DNA from: Octopus bimaculoides | Lineage: Eukaryota | Length of the DNA stretch: 64,000 bases | Assembly: GCF_001194135.2 (NCBI RefSeq) | Contig: NC_069001.1 | Span: 3,281,327 to 3,345,326, forward strand | Direction: 5' to 3' | In this document: positions 12,401-25,359 of the stretch, in pieces | How the letters are laid out: every line of letters begins with the position of its first letter | Position numbering within the stretch: position 1 is the first letter of the stretch | Position numbers and translations under genes: made by a program | Notes under the pieces: generated by a model | Database searches by the model: none | What the model saw: the letters and a program-made list of their open reading frames with translations, nothing else | What the model was told of the DNA's origin: nothing

Positions 12401-13272
12401 TCTGCCACAACTACAATTTCACTTGGCTTGATGGGTCTTCTTCTCAAGCATGGCATATTACCGAAAGTCTCGGTCATTTGTCATTGCCTCCATGAGACAA
12501 TGTAGTAAAGAAAAGAAATATACTACACTAATGTTCTTGCCCCTATAATAACTACACCCTATTTTCTTCATAAGTGTCTTCACTTCTATGTTTACTACAC
12601 TCCTTATTAATCGCCCCCCCCCCTCCACTTGTGCAATAGAATATTTGAACTAACCCCAGTTGATTATAAATTCTCGTTGCAGGTAAAGGCAAAAGTACAA
12701 AGATTTCAGTCACTGATGGCGGTGATTTCCTTGACAAAGTAATTGATTTGGTGGATATGAACAACCCTGTTATCATCAGCCCTTCCATGAGTGGCATGTA
12801 CTCCTTACCATTTTTGATGGATTCCGCTGGCAAACGGTTGAAAAGTTCAATTGGCTATGTTCCAATTGCTCCAGTGTTCACAGAAAACTATACCAAAAAG
12901 GAGTATTCAAAATTAAAGGTAAAAAGCTTCTTTCAGTTTCTGTGTACCAAATCAGAAATATTAAATTTTAAATAGTCGCAGGGGGCTTCTTCTCCAAGGA
13001 CCTTCCGCTGTTCAGCTTTCCCTAGAGTTTCAAAAATATACAAATAACTAAAGTCATTTTCCCTTTCCTAATTTCAGATCCCAACAATGATCGTGTGTGG
13101 TTCCCTTGATGTGTCTTTGGGACCCGTGTCTACCAAGAATTTGAAGCAATTACCGAATAGTGAAGTTTTCATTCTGGAAGGAGCAGGGCATCCTGCATAT
13201 CTAACTCACACTGATGCTTTTCATAGATTACTCTATAATTTCCTTCTGTCTATAGCATCATCGCAGAACTAA
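9414..13272 (+). CDS. ABHD14: ABHD14A/B-like alpha/beta hydrolase with N-terminal hydrophobic anchor, 280 aa, 4 coding exons
   Basis: Exons 9414-9662, 11739-11901, 12683-12918 and 13078-13272 all have GT-AG ends with compatible phases (0,1,0), total 843 nt. Motifs [19 protein letters not shown], nucleophile [15 protein letters not shown] and GAGHPAY match recalled human ABHD14B (VISPSLSGMYS, GAGHPCY). TM-like segment [18 protein letters not shown]. The start ATG is uncertain because the frame is open back to the acceptor at 9378. Confidence 0.9.
9811..10248 (+). repeat. Four-unit tandem array (~104-112 bp) of a SINE-derived unit
   Basis: GAAAGAAGC recurs at 9811, 9923, 10027, 10133 and 10241; unit length differs only by (TG)n length. 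Confidence 0.9.
10955..11510. mobile_element. Non-autonomous hAT (Charlie-like) element with 8-bp target-site duplication
   Basis: Identical CTCTACAC at 10947-10954 and 11511-11518. The ends CAGTGGGTCT... and ...TTGAGAACCATTG resemble hAT TIRs. Confidence 0.8.
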
Positions 13273-13567
13273 GAGACTGGTGAAAGATAATTATTTTACT
13301 AAACAAAAGGAGAAACAAAGTAAAAAAAATTTTTTTTTTTAAATAAAAAACAAAAAAGCTAAATGGGGGAAATTTTATATAATTATATTAATTATATTTT
13401 CAAACCAAATTAACTTGCCAAGCTTGCTGCATTATGGAAACTGGAGATTTAATTTAGATAATTAAAAAAAAAAAAATTGTAGTATCATAATCATCCTTAA
13501 CATCATAAATATGTGTACATGTGTGTATATGTATATATAAGTATATGCGTGTGTGAGTGTGTGTATG

Positions 13568-13646
<79 letters not shown>

Positions 13647-14039
13647 GTGTATATATTGTTTCATGTCTGTCTATACACATACAGACAGACACACATATAT
13701 TCATCATGGATATACTTAACCAAATGGTCAAGCAGTTCCCTTTGCATGAAGTCCCAGGTTCAGTCCCACCGTGGAATCTTGGGCAAATGTCATTTCCTAC
13801 GTCCTTGCATCGACCTTTATCTTGTGAGTTTAACTGGGTTTTCGCAGAATACATACAGACACCTGCTGCATGGATTGTACCTGTAATTTATGTGGTACAG
13901 CCTTGTCGCACACTGTGGCATACTGATTCTGCCCAAGAATTACATTAAATGTGTATGTGGAATACTCAGGTACTTACAAGTTAATTCAGGTTGATCAAAC
14001 AGTTGGATATCATTTTCCAGCAAGAGAGTTACCACCACG

Positions 14040-14063
<24 letters not shown>

Positions 14064-14074
<11 letters not shown>

Positions 14075-14456
14075 ATAAGAGTGAAAAAACTACAGAAGGC
14101 TTGTGTTACATGGTTAAAGTATATATTTAAATTATGTCAGAAAAATGTTAGAAAAATGTTAGAAAATCTTTTTGGTATATAAACATTGTATTTNNNNNNN
14201 NNNNNNNNNNNNNNNNNNNNNNNNNNNNNNNNNNNNNNNNNNNNNNNNNNNNNNNNNNNNNNNNNNNNNNNNNNNNNNNNNNNNNNNNNNNNNNNNNNNN
14301 NNNNNNNNNNNNNNNNNNNNNNNNNACCGGTTATTTCTCAAAATACAATGTTTATATACCAAAAAGATTTTATAACATTTTTCTAGCATAATTTAAATAT
14401 ATACTTTAACCATGTAACACAAGCCTTCTGTAGTTTTTTCACTCTTATCTTTTATA
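14064..14456. mobile_element. Foldback/palindromic MITE-like element spanning an assembly gap
   Basis: 14066-14193 is a near-perfect reverse complement of ~14340-14454; TA flanks; the palindromic ACCGGT directly follows the gap. Confidence 0.7.
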
Positions 14457-14490
14457 CATCCAACCACGTGCTTTCACATACCAACTTTCT

Positions 14491-14528
<38 letters not shown>

Positions 14529-15336
14529 GTATATATAAAGGCCCCCTTTGGTTATGAATGACAATGGAATAACACCTAGAAAGAAGTCTCCCTCCCTTTT
14601 AGTCCGGGCAAGATTGTTTGTGGAAGACCAGTAGTTACTAGTCTTCCCTCTCCACTGATGTCGCAACTCATTTCTACAGCCGAGTGAACTAGAGTAACAT
14701 GAAATAAAGTGTCTTGCTGAAGAACACAATGCACAGCTTGGTTTGGGAATTGAACTCACAACTTCATGATTGTAAGCCTGATACTCTAACCACTGAGCAA
14801 TGCACACTCACACATATGTATAATATATAATACATATTTATATATGAAATATAATATGTGTGTGTGTGTATATAAACAAATTGATAAAGGGTTGTTTTAA
14901 GGGTTTTTAAAAATTTTTCTGAGGTATATTTTATTTTCAATGATATCATTTTTGGTATGATAATCATATCAGGTGAGTGAAGTTTTATACAGTGATAATA
15001 TTGTATCTTTATGGAATAAAACAGTTATTTTGATATTTACATGGAGCAGTCCAGAGGGATAGATTCTTTAGTATGTATAGTAACTATTACAATAATGTGT
15101 TGTGAAATTTATGGTTTCTAACAGAAACAGAAGCTGTAAATTTGGGATTGGAGGCTGGGTACACTTGCCTATCCTCTGATTCCAAATACTCAATGGTACT
15201 TTATGCTAATAAGAGAGCCTCTTCTTTATGTCTAGAAAATAAAAATTCCATGCTCAACACGAGTGGAATATCTATGATCATAGGTCTGTTCGATCAGGAT
15301 TTGTAGCAATAATATAAGTCAATGATAAAACCCAAT

Positions 15337-15375
<39 letters not shown>

Positions 15376-16379
15376 ATTGAAGTAGCTGTAAGGGATAATG
15401 ATCGATTTGTTGCTGATAATAAACTCTTATTAACTTCAAAATCTCTATTTTCTTCTTCTTTCCTTGGTGTATATATATATATATATATATGCATTTATAT
15501 ATATACACACACTCATGACAGGCCTCTTTCAGTTTCTGTCTACCAAATCTTCTCACAAGACTTTGGTTGATCTGAAGTTATAGTAGTAGAAGACACTTGC
15601 CCAAGATGCCACACAGTGGGACTGAACCCAGAACTATGTGGTTGGGATGTAAGCTTCTTAGCACACACCTATGGATATTATAATACATATATATATCTTT
15701 CTAGATTGACCTGCTGGAAATAGCAACTAAATATTTCCCAACACACACCATACTGTTTTATTGTGGAAAAGTATGAGTAAATTTTATTTGAAAAAAAAAA
15801 AAAAACATTAAAAAATATAAAATAGGATGATCATATATAGTTATATAGTGCACTATAGGACTGCTCTGTAAGGGTAACCTGGGGTTAAACAACAGCTATA
15901 AAAGGTATTTTATTTTATCAACCCACAGAAAAGCAAAGTTGACCTAAGCAGAATTCAAAGTCACGACATAAGAAAACATCACTAAATACCATAAAGCAGT
16001 TTGTACACATCTCTAACAATTCTTTCACTGCTAATAACTGAGATTGTTATTTAAACTCTATCAGTTGGTATGTGTTTTATATATTCAATAAACTGGACAT
16101 TTATGGTTCAAACTTTGTTAACGTATTTGTGTCACATCTTTTATTTATGAATTGATTATTTATAAATTTAACTTATGAATGTAACCCAATATATATATAT
16201 ATATGTGGGTGTATATATATATATGTGTGTGTGTATATATGTGGATGTGTATATATACATATATATAGTAGTTGTATGCTGTCAACTTAATGTGACAGTC
16301 CCACGAAGAGAATAATACTACTGCTATTTAACCATAGGAAGCAGCACGACCAGGCTGGCAACAACCTCGCTCAAATGTT

Positions 16380-16925
16380 TTGTTCACATGCCATCGGCAC
16401 GAGTGCCAGTAAGGCGACGCTAGTAACGATCATGCTCAAATGGCGCTTTTTACGTGCCACCAGCACAGAAGCCAGACTACTTCTCTGGCAGTGATCCCGC
16501 TCGGATGGTGCTGTTAGCGTTCCACTGGCACAGGTGCCAATCATCGAATTTGGTTCAGTTACGATTTCACTTGCCTCAACAGGTCTTCGCAAGCAGGGAT
16601 TTGTGTCCAAAGAAGGAAAGGTATGCATAAGTGGGCTGGCTACACCCCTGATAAAGGCCACGGGTTATGGTCTCACTTGTCTTGCCGGGTCCTCACGCAC
16701 AGCATATTTTCAAAGGTCTCGGTCACTAGTCATTGCCTCGGTGAGGCCTAATATTTGAAGGTCATGCTTCACCACCTCATCCTAGGTCTTCCTGGGTTTA
16801 CCTCTTCGACAGGTACCCTTAACCACTAGGCTGTGGCACTTTTTCACACAGCTATCCTCATCTATTCTCACCAAATGACCATACCAGCACAATCATCTCT
16901 CTTTCACACTACAACTGATGCCACA
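16380..16925 (-). mobile_element. RTE-type LINE 3' end (ORF terminus plus 3' UTR)
   Basis: Minus-strand relic reads WYGHLVRIDEDSCVKKCHSLVVKGTCRRGKPRKT*DEVVKHDL, followed by a UTR with repeated CCACTGGCAC-type motifs. Confidence 0.7.
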
Positions 16926-16949
16926 ATAGTCTGTCCAGCATGGGCAGCC

Positions 16950-17290
16950 CTACAAGGGAGCTTGCACATCTTTAGATTAGCTCTCAGGATCACCATCTAT
17001 TTTTAAGGCAACCTCTTTTCTGCCTCCTTTGTTGGTTCCAGATCAAGGCCTTACATATAATGCTGGATGTTGGTTTCCTTCAGGTATGGCTTGTCCATCC
17101 CCATTTATACTTCAGGATATGTTAGTTCTTCATTTCTTATGGTGTCCAGTCATTTAATTTAAAGAATATTCCTCAGACAGTTATTGATGGAGGTTAGTAT
17201 CTTCGGCATTGTATTTTTAGCCTTGTTTTCTGTTTTGCATTCGAGTCCTAGGACTAATCAGGCCAGTTATCTGGTTTCTGTGGATGTTGC
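16950..17290 (-). mobile_element. Second RTE-type LINE fragment (post-RT region)
   Basis: Minus-strand relic WGWTSHT*RKPTSSIICKALIWNQQRRQKRG resembles the RTE motif WIGHTLRKP...ALTWNPQGKRKRGRP. Confidence 0.65.
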
Positions 17291-17399
17291 AGGCTGCAAT
17301 GAATGAGAAGGTGATGAGTGATGAATGAAGTTGTCCCAGCCATCATCTGACCACCAAATAGTAACTTTTCTTAACTCAAAATCTCAGATCTATATATAG

Positions 17400-17506
17400 A
17401 TATTATTGGTCTGTTTTGCCGAACCACTAAGTTACAGGTATGCACACATACCAACACCGGTTGTCAAGTGGTGATGGGGGGAGGACAAGCACATAGATAT
17501 ATACTT

Positions 17507-17542
<36 letters not shown>

Positions 17543-17700
17543 CACACAAATAGGCTTCTTTCAGTTTCCGTCTACAAAATCCACTCACAAGGCTTTGGTC
17601 GGCCTAAGGCTATAGTAGGAAATACTTGTCAAAGGTGAGACTGAACCCCGAACCCGGTGTTTGGGAAGCAAGCTTCTTACCACACAGCCATGATAACAAG
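17400..17700 (-). mobile_element. SINE family A copy, reverse orientation
   Basis: Reverse complement of family A including the (TA/CA)n spacer. Confidence 0.7.
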
Positions 17701-18721
17701 CTTCTTTCAGTTTCTGGCTACCAAATCCATTCACATGGGTTTGGTTGGCCCAGGGCTATAGTACAAGCCAGTTTCCGATTTTACAGTAAAACAATAAAAA
17801 TGTTAAGATATATCTAAAAACAAAAACTAACGGTTATTCCAAAGTCATTAAAATAGACACAGACACCTAACTATAGCCATGTATACACATATACATACAT
17901 AAATATACAAATATATGTACATGTATACACATATATATATTAGGTGGGAAAGAAAGTACTGTTGCATATTTGAAATGATTACTTGGAGGATACTGTCTGA
18001 ACACTTATGGTAAAATAAGCATTCATGTTTACCTTTTAATGTTTTTCTTTCTTTGCAGTTTATATGATACTATAATGATTACATTTGGATCAATTTTACT
18101 TCTTTTAAAGTGAGTTTAGATCAGCCTCATATCAGTTTGGATGCAAAATAGTGCTTGTTGTATTTATTTAACCATTGTATTTGGTTTATTTACTGCAATA
18201 AAGGTTAACTGCATGCTTCTGTATGTTTGTTATCTCTGTTTATGTAACTCTCAAAATTTCTACAGGGTTAACCTGGCTTAAAATGTGAAAAATAGAAATT
18301 TTAAAAGGTTTCTATAAAACTAGTTTTTAAACATAGAATGGCTATTGGGGTCCACGACAATACAATAGTAATCAAAGGGGTCCATAGATAATAAAAAAAT
18401 GGTTGAGAACCCTTGATTTAGAGTGAAAACTGTTTATTAACTGTTAGGAAGTTAAAAATGATACTGAGTGTTTCTCTCCTTCAAAATCTGAAGAGGGATC
18501 AACAATTTGCCAAATAATTTAGAATGATTATTATTATGTTATCAATAATGAGAGGAAATATTATTTTGATTAAATATATCAATTAAGACCAAAGAAGCAT
18601 TTGTCACTTTCCCATCTTGAAATGCAACAGGACTGTCTTTCCAGCCTAGTATATATTTATATATATACACACAGACAAACACACATCTATGTATGTGTGT
18701 GTGTGTGCATATATAAATATA

Positions 18722-19190
18722 TGAGGTGGTATCAAAAAGTTCCTGGACTAGTTCTGTAGCATGCCAACAGATGGCAGCACACAGATGTATGTGCAGTGAA
18801 AGCTAGCAGTGACATTCATGAGGCAGTGTGCTGAATGACATCACTGAGCTCAGGAGTTTCTTGCCCAAAACAACATGGTAACATTTGCACACCTACCCTA
18901 TTCACCAGATTTAGCACTTGCAGACTTCCATAGCTTTCCCAAGATGAAAATGCAGCTCAAAGGTTGCTGCTTTAACATCACCGTCGAGATCTAAAGTGAA
19001 TCGCATAAAGTCCTCAACTCATTTACAGAAAATAATTTCCAGACTGGATTCCAAAAGTGGCAGGAACACTGGGATGGATATATTGCTGTGCAAGGGGATT
19101 AATTTGAAGGAGATGATGTTAAAACTCAGGGCAAATAAATTAATCTTTTATTAAACATAACTAATCCAAGATCCTTTTGATACCATCTTG
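18722..19190 (+). mobile_element. Internally deleted mariner element
   Basis: Imperfect TIRs (TGAGGTGGTATCAAAAAGTTCC / GATCCTTTTGATACCATCTTG) are flanked by TA on both sides. The relic frame contains HLPYSPDLALADF...FQKWQEHWDGYIAVQGD*FEG. Confidence 0.85.
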
Positions 19191-19985
19191 TATATATGTG
19201 TGTGTGTGTGTGTGTATTATATATAAAACAATTCATACAGCTCACCCTAACCAAATTTCCCAAATGATATGCAACCACAAAATGTGCAAATAGAGTGAAA
19301 ACAACTTTTCACATTTATTTAGAAATATTTAACATGTTTATTGGGCCAATCAATGCAGAAGACTTTTAGGTTTGATAATTTAATCCTCAGATATATGATG
19401 GCATCATTGATTGATCGATTGATTGATTTACCATCTTGTTTATATGTTTTTATTATATAATTTTGTTGTTATAAGTGTGTCTGTGTGAAGGGATATAAAA
19501 AAACACAACAAAACAAACACAAAAAAATGGCTGAGGTTCAACAATCTATATAGACACAAACATATACACCAATGTGTATATGCATGTGTGTATATATATA
19601 TATATATATATATTTTTCCTATCTCTATATATATATTTACACATATATACATAGATATGCAATGAAGAGACAAATTTGTGAAAAAAAAAAAAAAAAAAGT
19701 CCCACAAAAACTTGCCAAGCTTTTACAGTTAATGGTTTCAAATTTTGGCACAAGGCCAGCAATATTTTAAGGGAAAGGGGCTGATTTATTATATCAGCCC
19801 CAGTACTTGACTGGTACTTTATTCTATCAGTCCTGAAAGGATGCAAGGTAAAGTTGACCATGGTGGTATATGAGCTCAGAGCATAAAAAGCTGGAGGAAA
19901 CATCACTAAGCATTTTGTCTTACAGGCTAATAATTCTGAGAGCTCAATGCCTTAGAGTTATTAATAATACTTGTGTATGTGTGTG

Positions 19986-20081
<96 letters not shown>

Positions 20082-22829
20082 GTAGTTTTAGAGTGAGATC
20101 AGTTAGAAAAGTTAATGAGACTGGATGGACTGATGAGTTGGTCAAGTGATGTGACTTGCTCGTTGATGGATAGCTGTTACNNNNNNNNNNNNNNNNNNNN
20201 NNNNNNNNNNNNNNNNNNNNNNNNNNNNNNNNNNNNNNNNNNNNNNNNNNNNNNNNNNNNNNNNNNNNNNNNNNNNNNNNNNNNNNNNNNNNNNNNNNNN
20301 NNNNNNNNNNNNNNNNNNNNNNNNNNNNNNNNNNNNNNNNNNNNNNNNNNNNNNNNNNNNNTTTTTTTTTTTTTTTTTTTTCTTTTTAATAAGACCAGGA
20401 AATGGAATTGTTATTTTGTACAACAAAAACTGGTGGCTGAGTGGGAATGGTTAAGTAGGAATTGGTTGATATGAGAGACTGTGGGCTATGGAGGACATTA
20501 CCTTCAGGAATTTAGTTACATGTACTGAAGACCTCACTTTCAGTGCTTGTAAACTGGGTGGGTGGGGGGTATGAGACACTTTGGCTTAGTTGTTTGGAGC
20601 TGCTGATTCAATGCTGACCTATTTGACATCACTGATCATGTGTATAAGGAAGGTGTTTATGTTAATCATGTCCAATTAATAAATTCTAATCTCTCTCCAT
20701 ATGTATGTGGGCATATTTCTTTCCCTCTCTCTCTCTCTGTGAGGAGAGGGTAAGTGTTTTTGTTTCATCATGTCTAATAATCTCTGTCTATGCGTGTTAG
20801 CATATTTCTCTTTGTGTGTATGAAGAGAGGGAAAATGTTTATGTTCAGTTAATAAATTGTAAGATCCCTCTCTCCTTCTCTCTCACTGCTTATGTGTACG
20901 AGTATATTCCGATGTGTATGACGAGAATGTTAATCATCATTATCATCGTTTAATGTCCGTTTTCCATCCTCACATGGGCTGGATAGTTTGACAAGAGCTG
21001 GTTAGCCATGGAACTGTCCAAACTCCAATTGTCTGTTTTGGCGTGGTTTCTACACCTGGATGCCCTTCTTAATGCCAACCACTTTACAGAGTGTAATTAC
21101 GCAGCACTGGCACGAGTGCATTTTATGTGGAACTGACACCTATAATAGACAAGCCTGTATGTATGTATGGATGACAGCGATTTTATTTTGATTTGCCATC
21201 TCAAGTACAGCAAATCGCCACAACTCCCAGTCCCTTGTCATTTCAAATTGCAATATTTCTCTCTGTATATATGTGTACAAGCACATTTCTCATTGTATGT
21301 ATGAGGAGAGGGAAAGTGTTTGTGTCACCTGTGCTCAATTAAGAAATTTTAATGTATCTGTGCGTGTGCGTGTGTGTGTGTTCTCTCTCTCTCTCTCTCT
21401 AGGGCCAAAAAGTTGCTCAATGTCCAGTTAGTTGTGCACATTGTCAGAGTCCAAACAACCACGCCTGATCATCTCATTCCATAAACTATTTATATATAGT
21501 ATTGACATAGAAAGGATGCCCTAGGTGGGATTCAGACTTATAAATTAGATTAAATACGGTTTGGGGAGAATTTCTTTTGATTGCCTTTGATTCTGCCAAA
21601 TTTATTCTCCTGTATGTACATGCATGTGTGTGTTTATGTGTTGACTGTGTGTGTGTGTATCTTGCCACTCTCATTTTTTTTTTTTTTTTTTTTTTTTTTT
21701 TNNNNNNNNNNNNNNNNNNNNNNNNNNNNNNNNNNNNNNNNNNNNNNNNNNNNNNNNNNNNNNNNNNNNNNNNNNNNNNNNNNNNNNNNNNNAAAAAAAA
21801 AAAAAAAAAAAGAGAGAAAAAATCCTCACCCAGCCTCAACAACAATAATAATAATAATAATAATAATACAAAATGAAAATATATGAAAAAGGAAATACCA
21901 GCCCTGAAATATAATCAGAGTATTTTAAAGGTTAAAAAGTTTACGCAGTTGTGTGTTTGGTTTCTGAACCTCTGGCCAGCAGGTGATGTCGGAACTGGGA
22001 ACACGGTGAATTTTGGATCCTAGCACAACCACAAAAGCAGCATCTGAAGGCACTAGATCGGTTCATCTGTCACCCCCTCCTCTTCTCATACACTCTTCAT
22101 ATTTCATCTTGTTTTCTTTCTTTCTTTCTCTGTGTTACATATATATATATATATATGCCAATATATATATCAATATATATATATTTATCTATATATGACA
22201 ATATATATATGAATATACATACCTATATATATTTTCTTCCTGTTTCCCTCCCCCCCACCATTTATTATTTTTTTTTTTGCCATGGACAGTATCTTGAATG
22301 AAGTAGAAGAAAAGCAGCAGCAGCAGCAATGACAACAAAAAAATAGCAGCAAGACTTTTTTTCTTTCTTTGTTTGCAATAAATAACAAGAGACCATTTTT
22401 TTTTTTTTTTAATTACAAGAAGAATTCTTTAGTGAATCATCAAAAAAAAAAAATTTTTTAGAAAACAAACAAAAACAAAAAAACACCAATCAGAAATATC
22501 AAAGAATCATTATCATCATCAGCATCATTGTCATCATCATCATCATCATCAATTCATCCATCTTGGTTTAAAAAAAACTCACTGATCTGCTGAAAGAAAA
22601 CAACCATTCAAAAAAAAAAAAAAAAACATGCGCACACATGCACACAGAAAAAAAAAAATATTTTAGAAACTTTCATAACATCAGTGTTTTATAGGAATAA
22701 AAAAAGGGGATGGGATTATAAAAAAAAAAAGTGGGGAATATATGTATATACTTTATACATCATATATATATGTATGTATGTATACACCCACCCACATTAT
22801 ATACATATGTATATATTTATGCATGTGTA

Positions 22830-22863
<34 letters not shown>

Positions 22864-22984
22864 AATATATACACACAAAATTATATATACATCAAATTAT
22901 ATGTATATGTGTATGTATATATATACACATTATATACATATCTACATTAAATTTATGATAAGCATATATAATTGTGTGTACATG

Positions 22985-23016
<32 letters not shown>

Positions 23017-23321
23017 TACACATATATATACACACACATATAATATATATATACATACATATATATATACACATATATATATACATACATACATATAGAT
23101 ACATTTATAATGCATAAAGGAAAGGAAAGAGAGAGAGAGATCCACACACATGCAACAGCATGCACTCACACAAGCACACAAACGCAATCACTCACAGAAG
23201 CTCGCAAATTTATTATATATAAATATATAACTCCTAAATTTTTTTTTTCTTTTCTTTTTTTTTTCTGACCAGTCATTATATATATATACAAATATTACAG
23301 TAGACTGTGGCATTTGAAAGG

Positions 23322-23729
23322 CTAGTGTACTTGGCAGGCCCGAAACATGATAATCTGTAACAGTATAAACAAGGGAATCATTATCTCAGAACACGAGATC
23401 ATCTTTTCATGGCTGAGTTTCTGGCACAGTAGAGTTTTGAATATAAAGATCAGCATGACAACTAGCAGAGATGAGACCAGTCGAATGCCGGCTGGACGTA
23501 GCAAGTCCAGTTCTTTTATAGTTCGGATGAACACGATGATGATGAAGTAAGCATCGATGGCGTCGATGGCGAACATGGGTGCAAACACCATCCACCACGA
23601 CGTATCCATCACGCGTTCGTACTTCAGTGCAGCCATTATAGAGAAGACAAACACCGCTATCAGGTGCATCCAGATCTCAAAGGCCGTCAGACCAATCCAT
23701 TGTACAAGTTCTCGTAGAGTGAAGAGCAT
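23322..23729 (-). CDS. TMEM203: Transmembrane protein 203, 135 aa, uninterrupted CDS
   Basis: MLFTLRELVQWIG...LLCQKL...PLFILLQIIMFRACQVH aligns end to end with recalled human TMEM203 (MLFSLRELVQWLG...LLCQKL...PLFILLQLLMIRACRVN). ATG at 23729 has A at -3. The ORF-track start at 23789 is a GTG, not an ATG. Confidence 0.95.
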   Translation of the reverse strand: MLFTLRELVQWIGLTAFEIWMHLIAVFVFSIMAALKYERVMDTSWWMVFAPMFAIDAIDAYFIIIVFIRTIKELDLLRPAGIRLVSSLLVVMLIFIFKTLLCQKLSHEKMISCSEIMIPLFILLQIIMFRACQVH

Positions 23730-24451
23730 GATGGTAGTGGTAGTGGTGGTGGTGGTGGTGGTGGTGATGGTGCTGAAGTAGACATTCACGGTACCGACAG
23801 CTGCAATACAGCAAGCTTGGCTGAACGGCAGGCGGTTGTCTCGTTAACGATGAAATCTGCATGTAGGCAACGGGCTGCTACCACCCCCGACACGAAAGTG
23901 TTGGTGGTAGTATGGTTCTGATCGGCTTAAATTGTAGATACTAGTTGTTTTATTATTTTTTTTTTGTTTTTCTGTGATTTTTTTTTAAAGATTGTTTTTG
24001 TTGTTGTTGTAGTTGTTTTGGTTGTGATTCATGTGGGTTCTTTTCCTGAAGTAATCCTTATTGTTAGGTTTAGAAGTCCTGGTGACATGAGTGGAACTGA
24101 CTTTGGTGTGCCACGTAGACATTAGATCAGAGCAGGTAGATTCCATATCCCTGAGCCAATGACAACATTCTAGGTGCACCTATGGAATATAGAAAAAGAG
24201 AGTAAATGTTAGCACAGGACACATGATGGGAAGGGAACAAGGTTTGCTGAGTAACAAATGGTAGTGGTGGTGGTGATGGGGAGAGTGAAGCCCAGGAGGG
24301 AAAGAGTAAAGAAATCAGGGCTTCAAAGTTGAGAGGAGATGGGATGAAGTGCAAGGGGGACAAGAAAGGATGAGATGAAAGGGGAGAGAATATGGTGAGA
24401 GATGACACAGGATGGATAGGGAGAGGATGTGATGAGACAGTATGAGTAGGA

Positions 24452-24680
24452 GGTGCATGGCTTAGTGGTTAGGGTATTGGACTCATGATAATAAGGCTGT
24501 GGTTTCGATTCCTGGATCAGGCGATGTGTGGTGTTCTTGAGCAAAACACTTCATTTCATGTCCACTCAAATGGTAAGAATAAGTAATCCTGCACGGTACC
24601 AGCATCTTATCCAGGGAGGATTATATACGTCAGAGAATCCAGGAAAGTGGTCCTATGCTCCGTATGGTGTAATGTGGACT
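24452..24680 (+). mobile_element. tRNA-derived SINE family C; other copies near 28312 and 39743 (+), and 7190, 14690 and 61790 (-)
   Basis: A-box TGGCTTAGTGGTTAGG and B-box GGTTTCGATTCC, followed by GTGTTCTTGAGCAAAACACTTCATTTCA. Confidence 0.7.
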
Positions 24681-25297
24681 AACGAGTAGAGACTAGATGA
24701 GGCTCAACACATGGGGTGAAGCAAGCAATGTTTGCTGAGTAACAGAAGAGGTGGGATGAGACAGGAGGAAATAAGGTTAAGATAAAAAACGGCAGAGGAT
24801 GGGATGAGGCAGAGTGAGATAAAAAGGGGATGATGAGAAATGATATAGGATGAACAGGGAGTGTACAATAATAGGAGACAGTACGAGATGAGACAAGACG
24901 AGTGTAAATTTGCATATTACAAAGCTGTTCAACTCATTCTAACAGTGGAAGGGAGGGGAGGAAATGTTAAAATAATGATAGTGATGATGTTTGTTTATGA
25001 TATTTTGACATTATTAACATCAGTTCATCAGTTTGTGACAGAAAAACAAGAGCCCCACTAACAAAACTACAACCACTTACCAATTGTGTGTGTGTGTGTG
25101 TATGTGTATGTATAGTACAATATCAATAATAACAAGAATGAAAAATTTGAACTTCGTTTATTTCCAGTTTATTCATAATAATTGTTCAACACATGTTTAC
25201 CAAAAACATACCATCTGAAGGAACCAGCCTTGGTATTTTACACAGAAAAATTTGGTATCTGCCTAGATATTATATCCCTCCTCTTACTATATATATT

Positions 25298-25359
<62 letters not shown>

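Noticed and set aside
13454-13948. Ile/Tyr- and His/Thr-rich ORFs here and at many similar sites
   Set aside because: Translations of (TA)n and (CA)n microsatellites.
16371-16758. Overlapping 96-aa and 74-aa ORFs in GC-richer sequence
   Set aside because: They lie in the 3'UTR of an RTE-type LINE relic.
23730-23789. Poly-Thr N-terminal extension of TMEM203 shown in the ORF track
   Set aside because: It depends on a GTG start, and homology to human begins at the ATG at 23729.
24452-24530. tRNA-like sequence (also near 455, 28312 and 39743)
   Set aside because: A and B boxes are present but no complete cloverleaf was evident, and each continues into a SINE body.
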